64,000 nucleotides of DNA, taken from positions 28,521-92,520 of the forward strand of contig CAYZXT010000006.1 of NCBI GenBank assembly GCA_964482515.1, in the 5' to 3' direction. Source of the stretch: an uncultured Elusimicrobia bacterium (GTDB lineage Bacteria > Elusimicrobiota > Elusimicrobia > FEN-1173). A program made the translations under genes and the position numbers. A model generated the notes under the pieces. The model ran no database searches, was not told where the DNA came from, and saw nothing but the letters and a program-made list of their open reading frames with translations. Below are positions 12,201 to 19,853 of the stretch, in pieces (the stretch's first letter is position 1; every line of letters starts with the position of its first letter).

Positions 12201-15200
12201 CCGGGGCGCCTTATTGTCGGTGAGCTGCGCGATTATTTCCCGAAGGCGCTCTTCGGAGGCCAGGGGCAAGTCATCTTCCATCAAACCGAGCTCATCGCTC
12301 AAACTCTTTAATATTTCGTTGCGCTGATCCTGCAAATCCTCAACGACGTCCTCCAGCGGCTCCTCTGGAACCGCCCGTTCCTCCATCTCGCGCGGCGGGC
12401 CGGACAGGTCCACCTCCCCGATACGACCAAGGACTTTCCCAACGTCAACACTCCCCGGCCGTGGCAAAACCGATTTTTCCTTGGGAGAACGAACCGGGAC
12501 GGCACCAAGGCTTAGGAACTCACCGTCCAATTTGATCCTCTGCATGGCTTTCAGGGCAAGGTATTGCCGGTAAAGAATTTCATCCTCCTCCAGGGTCTCC
12601 GGGATACCGTTTTGAAAAATCTCATCCACAACGTCCAAATGCCGCAGGGCCAAGGCAAACGGGTTGAGGTTTACTTCCCCATACCGCTCCAACCAAGCCG
12701 ACGCGGCCGCTTCCAATTGCGTTCGCGATATTTCCTTCCTTCCGTAGGCGATCAGGGCCAGTTGGAATATTTTCTTCGGCGCCAGGGAAAACAGCCCCTT
12801 CCAGTCACCGGCAATCCCCCTCTCCAAGTCGCGCTGAAAATAGACCGACTCATGGTCATTGTCTTGCGTTATGCTTCCGGGGAAATGTTGCCGCATTGCC
12901 CTTTTGTGACGCAGATCCTCCAAATCTTGATACACATCCTCAAAGGGGTCCGCCGGGGCCTGCAACCCCGCGAGCGAAAGAAAAAAATCCGGCGCCGAAG
13001 TGGGGGTAAGCCCCGCGAAATCCCGAGTGAATAACCCATGTCCGGCTTCATGCTCCAGGGTGTTCAACCAATCTTGGCCATCGAACTGGTCCTCCCTAAA
13101 AGCGATGTCCACCTTCTGCGCTTTGTAGGTCCCAGCTGCGGACTGCCCCGCGGGCTTGAGGCTGATTGTCACCGGCCGTTGGTGGACAGGAAGGATGAAT
13201 TGGGCGATGCGGCCGATGGCCTTCACTTTGTCCAGGCCGCTTCTGAACTCCAGGGAAGCAAGCGCCTTCCGGCCGGGCAATTCTTGCCCCCTCAGCATCC
13301 TCCGCAGATAGATGGGGCCGTACACCCTCTCCACGGCCTCTTCCGCCGAAACGCCCGACGCCGCCACGAGCAGGGCCCGCTTGAATTCCCGCGGCGTGGG
13401 CCGCTCCCGAGACCGCGGCAGGGCGTTCTGTATCCAAAGGTGCGCGCGGACGATGTAAGCCATGTCCTCGTCCGACAGGGCCGGGGCCTTCGTCCCGAAT
13501 TCCGTGACGATGTCCAAAGCGTATTCCGATAAGTCATCCTTGTCGTAATCCATCTCGCGGCGGAAGATCACCCGGTTCTGCAAGGCCGTGGAAAGCCTTT
13601 CGCGGCCGCTGAAGTCGGCCCCGTTGATCGTGGCGATGAACGCAAAACCCTTCGCGTCGGTGTTATCGTCGGTCAGCACGTCGTTCAGCTTCCCTTCCAA
13701 ATAGCCGCTGGGCAATACATCCAACTCGCTGACCACTAGAACGACCCCGTTCTCCTTGGCCCAAACTATGGCCTTCTCAAGCTCGTCGAACCGCGGCGAG
13801 GCGTTGATGTGGCAAAAGCTGCGCGGGCCCGGCGCGGCCGCCCCCGCCTTGACCGCCTCATAACCGCTCGACTCCAGAACCCGCACCACGGTCACGTCCT
13901 TGCCGCGGCCGGAGGCTCCCTCCAAAATCATTCCCCGCTTTCCCGCCGCAAGCCCGTTCCGTTTCATACGATATTCCCGCATGATGAGGAAATCTCCCAC
14001 CGCCGCGGCCAACCTCATCGTGGTGCGCGATAGGGTAAGGGCCCTCGACCTATACAATTGGGCCCCCTCGTTGCGCAGATCCTCTATCCAGGCGTTTTGG
14101 AGAGCCTCCGCGTCCACCGCGAATTTCAGGCGGAGCGCGTGCCGGAGCGCGACGCGGCCCTCCGGACTCAAGCTCGGCGAGAACATTTCCCACGCCGCAA
14201 GGAGCGCTTCTTCCACGATATTGCCGGATCCGCTCAGCACCTGCGCCCGGGCGGACAGTTCCTGGAGGTCGCGCAAAGAAATTCCCTGTCCCTCCTCCCA
14301 CCCCGCCACCCGGCGAACGGTCTCAAATACCCCGAGCAGCAGGGCCCGCAAGGCCGCCGCGTTCGGCGCATCCGGCGACACGTATTCTTCGAGCCTTTGC
14401 CGGAAAAACGCCTCGTCGAATTCAGGGAAGGCGACGGTGGGGACGTGCGGGGCGAGGAAATCCTGATACTTTCTGTCCTGCAGGGTTTCCTGGTTCCCGG
14501 TGAAAACGACCTTCTTGCCCTCCATATCGATCTTGCGCCCTTCGATCCACATGTAGGGGGTTTCCCCTTCTCCCACGAACAGCCCCCCGAAGAACCGCCA
14601 AAAATCCGGCCGCGCCAGGTTCGCTTCGTCCAGGACCAGCAGCGCCGGCCCATCGTGCAAAGCCCAGCGCGTGATGTCGGCGAACGCGGAGGCCCTGCCG
14701 GTCTCATCGTCGTTCGAGTCCTGTTCCTGGGCGTCCACCCCGATCGTCACGGGCCCGAACATCCGCAGCCCCAGCGCGTCCGCCAAACCTTTTGCCGCAA
14801 AGCTTTTTCCCGTCCCGGGAGACCCTTTCAGGAACACCGCCGGGGATTTTGCCAATATTCTCCGCACCCGCCCCAAACGTTTATCCCAACTTTCCTCGAC
14901 CGGGCCGGCCTTGTCGTTGATGGAAGGAGCTTGATCAACGGACGCGTTCGCCTTTCGGAAAAGGGCGCGGTAGAAACCCTCCCGGTCATCGCCCAGGTGC
15001 GCCGCGATCAGCGCGTCCTGAATCAGCTCGAGCGCCCTCCCGGCGCCCGCGCGATCAAAACTTTCGGGCACGCCGGCTTCGTCCAACAAATCCAGGCTGA
15101 GGGTATCCGCGAATTCCCAAAAACGGTCCTTCCATGTGGCGGGAGCGACGATCTTGTTCATCGCCGCTTTCAGTTTCGGCCCATGAATGCTCCTCCCAGT

Positions 15201-18200
15201 CAGCCCCGCCTCCTTCGGCCGAAATGTCCGCCGCGCCGCCGTCCGCAGAAACGCGGCCACGTTCGGATCGTCCGCGTAATCGTCAAGATAAACGTCCTCA
15301 AAGGCCCGCATCCAATCCAGCGTGCCATCGGGGTTTCGAGCCTGGCGGCACAGGAGCCGGAGGCGTCCCAGGCTGAAATCCGCCCGAGCCGGATAGAGCC
15401 CGCGCCGCGCCGGCGGAGGGACCGTCTCGAAAGCCCTTCTCAAGGAGAGCACCTTCTCAATATCGCTTTCCGTGAGAGCTCCACTGAATTCGCGCTTCAA
15501 TTCCTCCACTATGTCCCGCACGGAAATGTCCAACACGGCGCGGTGAAGAACCGAGACGCCGGCGCCGCTCCCGATATGAGAAAGAAGGATCAAGCGTCCC
15601 GTTAAAACGTTTTCCCCTTTGCCGGCGAAGGGACGGACCTCGCCGTTCACCACGAGATAGGGATTTTCATGCAAAGCCGTTTCCAACTGGCGCAGGAGAT
15701 CCGGATTGGATTCCATCCCCGCCAAAACGACGGTTTCTCCCCGTTCCAAGGCCTCCAACACCTGCCTCTTGACCGCCCGCAAACGCCCCCCCGGCAACAG
15801 CTCGCTCGCCATCGATAGATCGTCCAGGATGGTCGCCGGCGTGACCGGATAAACAAGGGGGGGCTGGCCGTTCCGTTCGGAGACGTCCCGCATGATCCGC
15901 GCCAACAGGCCGGACGGGTCCGATCCTTCAACGAGCGACACCCGCCGGTCCCGCGCCATTTCCCACGACTCCGGATCCGGGGCCCTGGTCCGGCGGACCG
16001 CCGGCAGCATTCCACGATAACGCAACGGGACCTCCACGCCGACGCCCAATTCAATTTCCAATTCGCCGCCCATATGCAAAAGACGGTGCCACAGCGACTC
16101 CGGAATTTCCGGATCGGTTATAAGGACCCGGAGACGCCCTCCGTCCGCGCCCATCCGCTCCAGCAATCCCGCGCCCTGGGACAACGTCCCCTGGGAATCG
16201 ATGCGGGTGAACTCAAACAGCTGGTGCTGCGTTTCCCGGTTCAAGACCCACGCGCGCTCCGCCGGCCAGGCGGTCTCGCCCGCCGGCACGACCCGTTTAT
16301 TCTCCAAGGCGCGCCGCCCGTAGCCGCCCTCCGCCCAATGGACGGAAAAACCTTCCCGCGCCGCCACCCATTTTCCGTTGGAAAGGATCCCGCCGTTCAA
16401 GAGGGCCTGCCGGACCATGTGGGACAACCGGGTGTTGGGGATTCCCTGCTCATCTCGCCACACGCCCCCTTGGATCAAGAGGGGCCGCCCTTCCCTCATG
16501 GCCCGGACGAGTGCGCCCTCTTCCCAGCGCACGCTTCCGTTGGGCAGAAGCCGGTAGCGCGCGACCAGCGCATCCTTAATATCGATGTCGTCGGACTCGA
16601 AAAGTTCCGCGCGCAGGCCGTTGAAAGCCTCCGGATCGTCGACCTGGGACAAACCTTCCAGCGGATCCGCGTAATCCGCGTCCGCTTGGAATTCCCCGGT
16701 CAGGGAGCGTGAATAAAAATCAACCGAAAATTCACGCAGCTGGTCCTCCCGCACCGCCCCAACGATGCGGAGCGACGGAGAGGCCTTAACGCCCAAATAC
16801 TCCGGAGAGTCCCCGAACAGCTGATTGAATCCCGCCACGGTCTTTGGGTCGGAATTCGTGTAGTCCAGGAACAACACGCCGCCCCGCTCGATCAATTGAA
16901 GCAAGGGGCTTTTCGCCTCCCCAAACCGGCCGTTTATCACGCGCGCGGGATTGAGCAAATCATCCAAATCGGTGTCATCCCGCAGGGTCAGCCGCAAATA
17001 CGGAATGTTTCCGTTCGCGGCCACGATTTCCCTTAGCCGCACATCCAATGCCTCCACATCCCGGGGCGTATTCACGAAGGTCAACCCGCGACCTTCGTTC
17101 AATAGATCGGTCAGGCTCGGATCGGCCCACGGCGAACCCATCGTCATCGGGAAACGGCGGAATATTTTGTTCCACCCCGTGTGGACGGCAACGGCCAGAA
17201 CAAAGCCGATCACCATGGCCAGGAGGGAGTAAAGCGGTCCATCGAACCCGGACAGGAACAACCGGGGCGCGGCGAGGGCGGCGAGGTTGAATAAGACAAC
17301 GGCGAAAAGGCGGACGGCGAAATCAACGGGGGATTTATTTTCATGGCGGAAAACGAAAGACGCCTGGTGCGCGGCGTAATAAACCGCCGCCACCAGCCAG
17401 AACGACATGACTATCGCCAAAAGCAGCGGATTCGCCTCCAGCAACACAGCCTTCAAATTCCATGCCGCCATCAGGATGAGGCCAGGCGCGCGGCCCATCC
17501 AAAAGGCGCGCCAGCGCGTCAACGTCGGCTGCCCCCGCGCTTCGATTTCCTTCCGCGCCGAAGCGGCGGGAGCCAGGCCCGCTTCTTCAATCACGGAATA
17601 GCCAAGCAGCTTGTGACTGATCATAGGATTCCTCAGCCACTCCGGCGCATGCTTGACCGCATTTTCGTAATAGGCCTTCGTGCTCGACAGGATCAGCGAG
17701 CGGCTTCCCCACAGGTTTTTCCACCAAGGAACGCTCAACCTCCGCGGCGGACTGAACCTCACCGACTGAAAGGAATCAGCGCCTCCCACGGGGAATTCGG
17801 CGACCACCGACGGCGCGCCCGGTCGCGCAATCAACAAGCCGTTCTCTCCGAACCCGATACTCCACCCCCACCACGCCTTGGCTTTCTCAATCAGCGCGCG
17901 AAGATTTTTACGCCTTTCACCTGAGGGAAGTTTGTTTTCCCTCCACCGCGCCTGGCTGCCCTCAACAGTGGCGGCCAAGGCGTTCGCCTTCACGGCGAAA
18001 TCATGGGCCTGGATCCTTCGCTGGAAGGGTTCGGCCAACCGCCGAATCAGCCCCGGCGAGGTAAACCGTGCGAAGATCAGGGAGATGGGTTCTCCGGCGA
18101 AAATTTTCTCGATGGGGAGTGGATCGCGGGAGAAGATGTCCATGTAATTTTTGGCCTGATCGATGTTTTCCACCTTTGGCGTGACGACGACGTAAGACGC

Positions 18201-19853
18201 ATTCTTCCGCCGCCAAAGCGCCGTCATACCCTCGGTGTGGAACCCGCCGGTCACCAGGACGGCGGAGGTTTGCTTTTCTTCTTTCATTTTCCTGAGCAGG
18301 TTTTCGGTGAGGGCTTCATTGCGGGCCAAAGCCAGACGGCAGAAATCTTCGAACGGTTTCAGCAATTCCGCGCGTATGGCGGGAAAAGCCGGAGAGCCCG
18401 ACGACAGAGAGCGGGCCCGGTCCGCCATGTTGAGGATCAACGGGCGTCGTTCCGTATAATCGGCCCAATGCCGCGGCGTCATTTCCGTGCGGAGCAATTT
18501 CGTCAGCAGGGCCTGGTCGCGTCCCAACCCCGCCAGTTCCTTTTGCGCCGGCTCAAAAGTGAGCCCGGCTTCGACTGTTTTTTCCATCCGTTCCAACTCG
18601 TCCAACAACTTGTCCCGGTTTATGCGCTCCGCGGACTGGACGTAGGTCATATAATCGGACAACTGCGGATAGCCGGTCAGGTCGATGTTCTTTTCCCGGC
18701 AAAGATCGCGCATATACGCGTAATATTCCCCGTAGCTCCTTTGACCGGCGCGGTACTCGACGCTCGCCCGCACCAGTTCATCCAGGGACTCCCGGCTCAG
18801 TCGCGATACCAGGCGATCGATCAAATCAAGCCGCTCGCGTTCCACCTTTTTGAAATCCAGTTTTTTCTCCCACCGGATCGCCCGGGACAACAGGGCCACG
18901 TTGGGATAGGCCCCGGCATCCGCGCGGGAGGAAAGAAAATCCACGTAAGCGCCCAGCCCTGTTTTACCCGCCTGGAAAGTTTGATAGAAGCGGTCGAACT
19001 CCTTGAGCCCGGGCGAATAAATTTTTTCTTTCAGACCGCTCACGGCCTCGGCCAGACCCGAGAGGAACTCCTCCGCTTCCCTCCGGCGGTCCTGGGCCGA
19101 GAGCACCGCGCGGGTGTTGTCGGCGTAAAGGTCGCCCGTCTCCACGCCCCAGAGGAGCGGCGCGACCTCCGACACCAACCCCAAATATTCCGCACCGCCC
19201 ACGTATCCTTCCTCCAGGAAATAGTCCGCGAGCTGTTGGTTCATTTCTTTCCCGGCCTCGGGCAGGGCCTTGTATTTTTCCATCTCGAAGTAGCCCTCGG
19301 CGCCCTCCAACCCCACGAGCTTCACCCCGCGCCCATCCTTCAGTCCCTGCAGGATGCGGGCGATGTTCTTTTGCGCGTCGTAGGCGCCATGGATGTCTTG
19401 AATGTGGATGATGAGGGGCGAATCCGATTTAGCCAAATGGATTTCCCGGACGCTTCCATAGGGCAAGACCAATCGGGAAAGCCAAGCGGGAACAATCCCG
19501 TTCTTGGCCCACTTCACGTTTTCAGAGAGGTCATGGGCGGACAAGGGAGCCAGAGATGGGGCGAGGGTGGATCCGTTCAGGGTTTCGGGAAGTCCCAGCG
19601 GGATTTGGCCGGTGGGAAGCTGGGCGAGGAGTTGATAGTCCCGGGATGAAAGACTGTTCGCGCGGCCCGGGTTATTTTGCGCCGAAGAGCGGGATACGGA
19701 TCTTCGTTCCTCCCAAAAGTTCGCCTCGGCCAAGGGCGATGCGACCGTTGAATAAAATAACAAGGCGCAGAGGGCGGCGGCGAGGCTCTTTTTGCTCGGT
19801 CCTTGCGCGCTGAAAGGCCTGAAAATCGAGCGGGTTCGGCGGATTATATCCAT
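6285..19853 (-). CDS. giant multidomain membrane protein (4522 aa). It combines a signal peptide, a TIKI/TraB-like N-module, transmembrane clusters, AAA+ ATPase modules, HExxH motifs, an alpha/beta-hydrolase motif, 4 LRR-like tandem repeats and a C-terminal transmembrane region
   Basis: A single uninterrupted 13,569-nt ORF, open even through the low-GC stretch (8100-11100) where stops would be frequent by chance. It shows coding-like amino-acid composition throughout. The ATG at 19853 follows an AT-rich spacer. The N-terminus has a hydrophobic signal-like segment (LAAALCALLFYSTVASPLAEA). Confidence 0.85.
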   Translation of the reverse strand: MDIIRRTRSIFRPFSAQGPSKKSLAAALCALLFYSTVASPLAEANFWEERRSVSRSSAQNNPGRANSLSSRDYQLLAQLPTGQIPLGLPETLNGSTLAPSLAPLSAHDLSENVKWAKNGIVPAWLSRLVLPYGSVREIHLAKSDSPLIIHIQDIHGAYDAQKNIARILQGLKDGRGVKLVGLEGAEGYFEMEKYKALPEAGKEMNQQLADYFLEEGYVGGAEYLGLVSEVAPLLWGVETGDLYADNTRAVLSAQDRRREAEEFLSGLAEAVSGLKEKIYSPGLKEFDRFYQTFQAGKTGLGAYVDFLSSRADAGAYPNVALLSRAIRWEKKLDFKKVERERLDLIDRLVSRLSRESLDELVRASVEYRAGQRSYGEYYAYMRDLCREKNIDLTGYPQLSDYMTYVQSAERINRDKLLDELERMEKTVEAGLTFEPAQKELAGLGRDQALLTKLLRTEMTPRHWADYTERRPLILNMADRARSLSSGSPAFPAIRAELLKPFEDFCRLALARNEALTENLLRKMKEEKQTSAVLVTGGFHTEGMTALWRRKNASYVVVTPKVENIDQAKNYMDIFSRDPLPIEKIFAGEPISLIFARFTSPGLIRRLAEPFQRRIQAHDFAVKANALAATVEGSQARWRENKLPSGERRKNLRALIEKAKAWWGWSIGFGENGLLIARPGAPSVVAEFPVGGADSFQSVRFSPPRRLSVPWWKNLWGSRSLILSSTKAYYENAVKHAPEWLRNPMISHKLLGYSVIEEAGLAPAASARKEIEARGQPTLTRWRAFWMGRAPGLILMAAWNLKAVLLEANPLLLAIVMSFWLVAAVYYAAHQASFVFRHENKSPVDFAVRLFAVVLFNLAALAAPRLFLSGFDGPLYSLLAMVIGFVLAVAVHTGWNKIFRRFPMTMGSPWADPSLTDLLNEGRGLTFVNTPRDVEALDVRLREIVAANGNIPYLRLTLRDDTDLDDLLNPARVINGRFGEAKSPLLQLIERGGVLFLDYTNSDPKTVAGFNQLFGDSPEYLGVKASPSLRIVGAVREDQLREFSVDFYSRSLTGEFQADADYADPLEGLSQVDDPEAFNGLRAELFESDDIDIKDALVARYRLLPNGSVRWEEGALVRAMREGRPLLIQGGVWRDEQGIPNTRLSHMVRQALLNGGILSNGKWVAAREGFSVHWAEGGYGRRALENKRVVPAGETAWPAERAWVLNRETQHQLFEFTRIDSQGTLSQGAGLLERMGADGGRLRVLITDPEIPESLWHRLLHMGGELEIELGVGVEVPLRYRGMLPAVRRTRAPDPESWEMARDRRVSLVEGSDPSGLLARIMRDVSERNGQPPLVYPVTPATILDDLSMASELLPGGRLRAVKRQVLEALERGETVVLAGMESNPDLLRQLETALHENPYLVVNGEVRPFAGKGENVLTGRLILLSHIGSGAGVSVLHRAVLDISVRDIVEELKREFSGALTESDIEKVLSLRRAFETVPPPARRGLYPARADFSLGRLRLLCRQARNPDGTLDWMRAFEDVYLDDYADDPNVAAFLRTAARRTFRPKEAGLTGRSIHGPKLKAAMNKIVAPATWKDRFWEFADTLSLDLLDEAGVPESFDRAGAGRALELIQDALIAAHLGDDREGFYRALFRKANASVDQAPSINDKAGPVEESWDKRLGRVRRILAKSPAVFLKGSPGTGKSFAAKGLADALGLRMFGPVTIGVDAQEQDSNDDETGRASAFADITRWALHDGPALLVLDEANLARPDFWRFFGGLFVGEGETPYMWIEGRKIDMEGKKVVFTGNQETLQDRKYQDFLAPHVPTVAFPEFDEAFFRQRLEEYVSPDAPNAAALRALLLGVFETVRRVAGWEEGQGISLRDLQELSARAQVLSGSGNIVEEALLAAWEMFSPSLSPEGRVALRHALRLKFAVDAEALQNAWIEDLRNEGAQLYRSRALTLSRTTMRLAAAVGDFLIMREYRMKRNGLAAGKRGMILEGASGRGKDVTVVRVLESSGYEAVKAGAAAPGPRSFCHINASPRFDELEKAIVWAKENGVVLVVSELDVLPSGYLEGKLNDVLTDDNTDAKGFAFIATINGADFSGRERLSTALQNRVIFRREMDYDKDDLSEYALDIVTEFGTKAPALSDEDMAYIVRAHLWIQNALPRSRERPTPREFKRALLVAASGVSAEEAVERVYGPIYLRRMLRGQELPGRKALASLEFRSGLDKVKAIGRIAQFILPVHQRPVTISLKPAGQSAAGTYKAQKVDIAFREDQFDGQDWLNTLEHEAGHGLFTRDFAGLTPTSAPDFFLSLAGLQAPADPFEDVYQDLEDLRHKRAMRQHFPGSITQDNDHESVYFQRDLERGIAGDWKGLFSLAPKKIFQLALIAYGRKEISRTQLEAAASAWLERYGEVNLNPFALALRHLDVVDEIFQNGIPETLEEDEILYRQYLALKAMQRIKLDGEFLSLGAVPVRSPKEKSVLPRPGSVDVGKVLGRIGEVDLSGPPREMEERAVPEEPLEDVVEDLQDQRNEILKSLSDELGLMEDDLPLASEERLREIIAQLTDNKAPRSILTALGFLGDKDLTARKAKILAIAQAKLKSNKAPAGSRFRMRRLALAAGVLLASGILALLVVHANSGSSALPAMIPRIPEPELLRGMPNYLPLVIIVGLSLLASMVYGGIKLSAARAEGVSTEDSRLTRFLGFLGRIRISQMGRLAGLFGRVASETVGSRYDGIEGAHESKARDDNNDVQISESVSARPVPSVLSEESRYSKMKELSTTVSSLLDAEASAFVQRRATPGREFGPPGTGTLYLPKFLRNPLRGFRRGGMPTASTRPPLLVHGLPANGGNLIAGEFVHFLKDRGFEVVVVSGTLDEPQAAAYLKEAPYIIMSARELQSRVEAAYIYAVARRDRERAPVLKEAPVDSVYPDNVLDASGHFPTIEEQRRILVETFGENQVRLLLHGNLGLTLDRDYEVSWDALWKKCPSIESIIIREDGPSDLRIFNGLRGLRTIFIPPGKFSDDDVGLFFGNENDPMRIVVHVWDEEIVRQSYSASTFTPGLSNENLISEMEEACREFVPPHLTRDIYVRLGVSRKYEIKPTKVATVPDLMKMTEYSRRASILIFVDHDQFTDADMARIVLSAPFPEGVSIEEIQEIIMQGETPRFMDYSKAVAYCRAHPEEFTVTLPGATPPAAQRTVQPADTPDPFPAIEEQREALIDIFGPEKVKVDRNGDLELTVDDRDLFPYRECESLWKHCPSIRTIIVGENGTLSINFYEGIRGLRNIQLPAGRFHRVELERFYREAENSGRIRIYSDNPSGGMKWFSAADFIPGSGFKEVRAIIREKLGRHNMMSSVTAEFMQDMWQLRIRLSQGLGVDELRVLTGFSEMREVFLMSEGFQIDEFFMTFFILTSPVPENVHFIFSSDEGESRSMSYSEAVAYYRAHPKQFSLMALPGTTPPAAQRTVQPADTPDPFPTIEEQRRILVDTFGENQVHLRDDGPLELMLDRDYAVSWDVLWRKCPSIESIIIKEDGPSDLRVFSGLRGLKTMSIPEGKFRKKDIRSFYQDYSPAPKAFIAEISRSGKGKKTYRMDHIFPSYNDSVIAAELSNDLKAIVGPAAANESSIHPSSFGEFTFFVGASIKGSDMLKMVQYLNVRNLKIVIEEGQFSEAVLSRIILSSPRPEAVKIGFFKSFRTIAYPEAVAYRRAHPEEFADMGPIATPAPAAEDRFPTLESQVTRARDLFGPSATVEKNVFGLLVNVGQRQEPLEGMGSLPSLGILHLEASRVKDLSPLFGLRALHKVFVSDGQFPEAMIVNLFLHHPNPKDLIVDSGSKQYDHAWALSGKFGEPTNPTEEMMGTLRGLMRSLSKEETRVEDNSSVISINLEGLSEWLIIHRVLNELTTGITVPCTIKVNAAFPKKAMLDFILKCRVPEYVQVYFVGDDGKVSDIMGYEDAAKAYSSRERDAQSEPTAHGPRSELLNRLLETLVDRSAALKKVRDWFEAEGESDAYDRLFEDIERRAVSRETWRQGLWAAALFGVAAAAFLVSAQFLAASFGFAASSLGAAAAWPLAGLVLMGILRLVLAAAARSGAAYETPDGRAPPLFGFRSVRVEPGVDLLEFEKNTHALVLNPSLAHFVYHSNPVFKVLSRAGLYILGVPGHEALHGLGVVSERWAYFAAQVLPVSLGFLAGSLAGGVAGGIVLAMVFSALLSAAFRAILSARQDSVSEVSVVPVPVAVDDSWHVKESGFRDRARVWLRGIAPARNFGVDALGLPRIHIRLASNAFVDGTPDPAALRGALTKGLARESARGGDRGAAYVLGRALESLGDNAPGDAWSPRGHETFRSDILAAYAGRVVFTKVSARMRGGKDVFAEVPADVMKKGAARASVSGLLAAFVANNAGTAGDTANTLTLIVRDPRQASPDFWQGMSADAAFNAGRDREEFMRDYDVLLRQGNIRIILAGERPSLIASARAEVSLLDGAILRMDRLLSALEKAGQLDPKNAVIFASDQVELGVYKDVVVLVPIFRLVESLQEGLKALGLFLTSA
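7250..7830 (-). other. C-terminal transmembrane helix cluster of giant protein 1, containing HExxH motif 2 (VPGHEALHGLG, about 7420-7440)
   Basis: Hydrophobic runs LWAAALFGVAAAAFLVSAQFLAASFGFAASSLGAAAAWPLAGLVLMGIL and VLPVSLGFLAGSLAGGVAGGIVLAMVFSALLSAAF. HEALH was read from the reverse complement of 7421-7460. Confidence 0.55.
8650..11860 (-). repeat. four tandem intragenic repeat units of about 800 bp (about 265 aa, LRR_5/BspA-like core) inside giant gene 1
   Basis: Protein repeats share AVAY-RAHP ... PAAQRTVQPADTPDPFP-IEEQR ... W--CPSI-SIII-EDG-SDLR-F-GLRGL--I-IP-GKF. At the DNA level there are near-identical cores, e.g. 9466-9560 vs 10256-10350 (about 95% identity over about 95 bp) and 9255-9470 vs 10865-11100 (about 85%). 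The region is markedly lower in GC than its flanks. Confidence 0.8.
11340..11430 (-). other. alpha/beta-hydrolase (lipase/esterase)-like N-terminal motif
   Basis: PPLLVHGLPANGGNLIAGEFVHFLKDRGFEVVVV resembles the start of lipase/PGAP1-like alpha/beta hydrolases (hhhhHGhxGxxxxF...L...G). Confidence 0.35.
13030..13050 (-). other. HExxH motif 1 (LEHEAGHGLF), a possible zincin-type metal-binding site
   Basis: Read directly from the reverse-complement translation of 13021-13096 (DWLNTLEHEAGHGLFTRD). Confidence 0.4.
13690..13915 (-). other. second, degenerate AAA+-like module
   Basis: MILEGASGRGKDVTVV (Walker A-like GxxGxGK), VVLVVSELDVL (Walker B-like hhhhSELD), FAFIATINGA (sensor-1-like), ALQNRV. 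Confidence 0.55.
14600..14840 (-). other. AAA+ ATPase module (dynein/MoxR/midasin AAA_5-like) with canonical Walker A and B
   Basis: Walker A FLKGSPGTGKSFAAKGL (about 14800-14835), Walker B PALLVLDEANLARPDFW (about 14610-14650), then VVFTGNQ (sensor-1-like). Confidence 0.75.
17150..17500 (-). other. transmembrane helix cluster 1 of giant protein 1
   Basis: Hydrophobic runs LILMAAWNLKAVLLEANPLLLAIVMSFWLVAAVYYAA, FAVRLFAVVLFNLAALAAP and LYSLLAMVIGFVLAVAV. Confidence 0.6.
17990..19853 (-). other. shared N-terminal module of giant protein 1 (about 620 aa), putatively TIKI/TraB/GumN-like
   Basis: Motifs LIIHIQDIHGAYDAQ, LVGLEGAEG and VLVTGGFHTEGMTAL...YVVVTPKV are collinear with giant protein 2 (LVVLVQDAHEIYSAQ, LIGLEGAAG, VIVVGGFHAPAIEKL...VVTVTPKV). 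Confidence 0.55.

Noticed and set aside
14058-15605. 515-aa and other long plus-strand ORFs inside the giant gene (e.g. 18003-19649, 6219-7271, 7502-8149)
   Set aside because: All are shadow ORFs opposite the giant minus-strand frame and are Arg/Pro-rich. The minus frame carries the recognisable Walker and other motifs.
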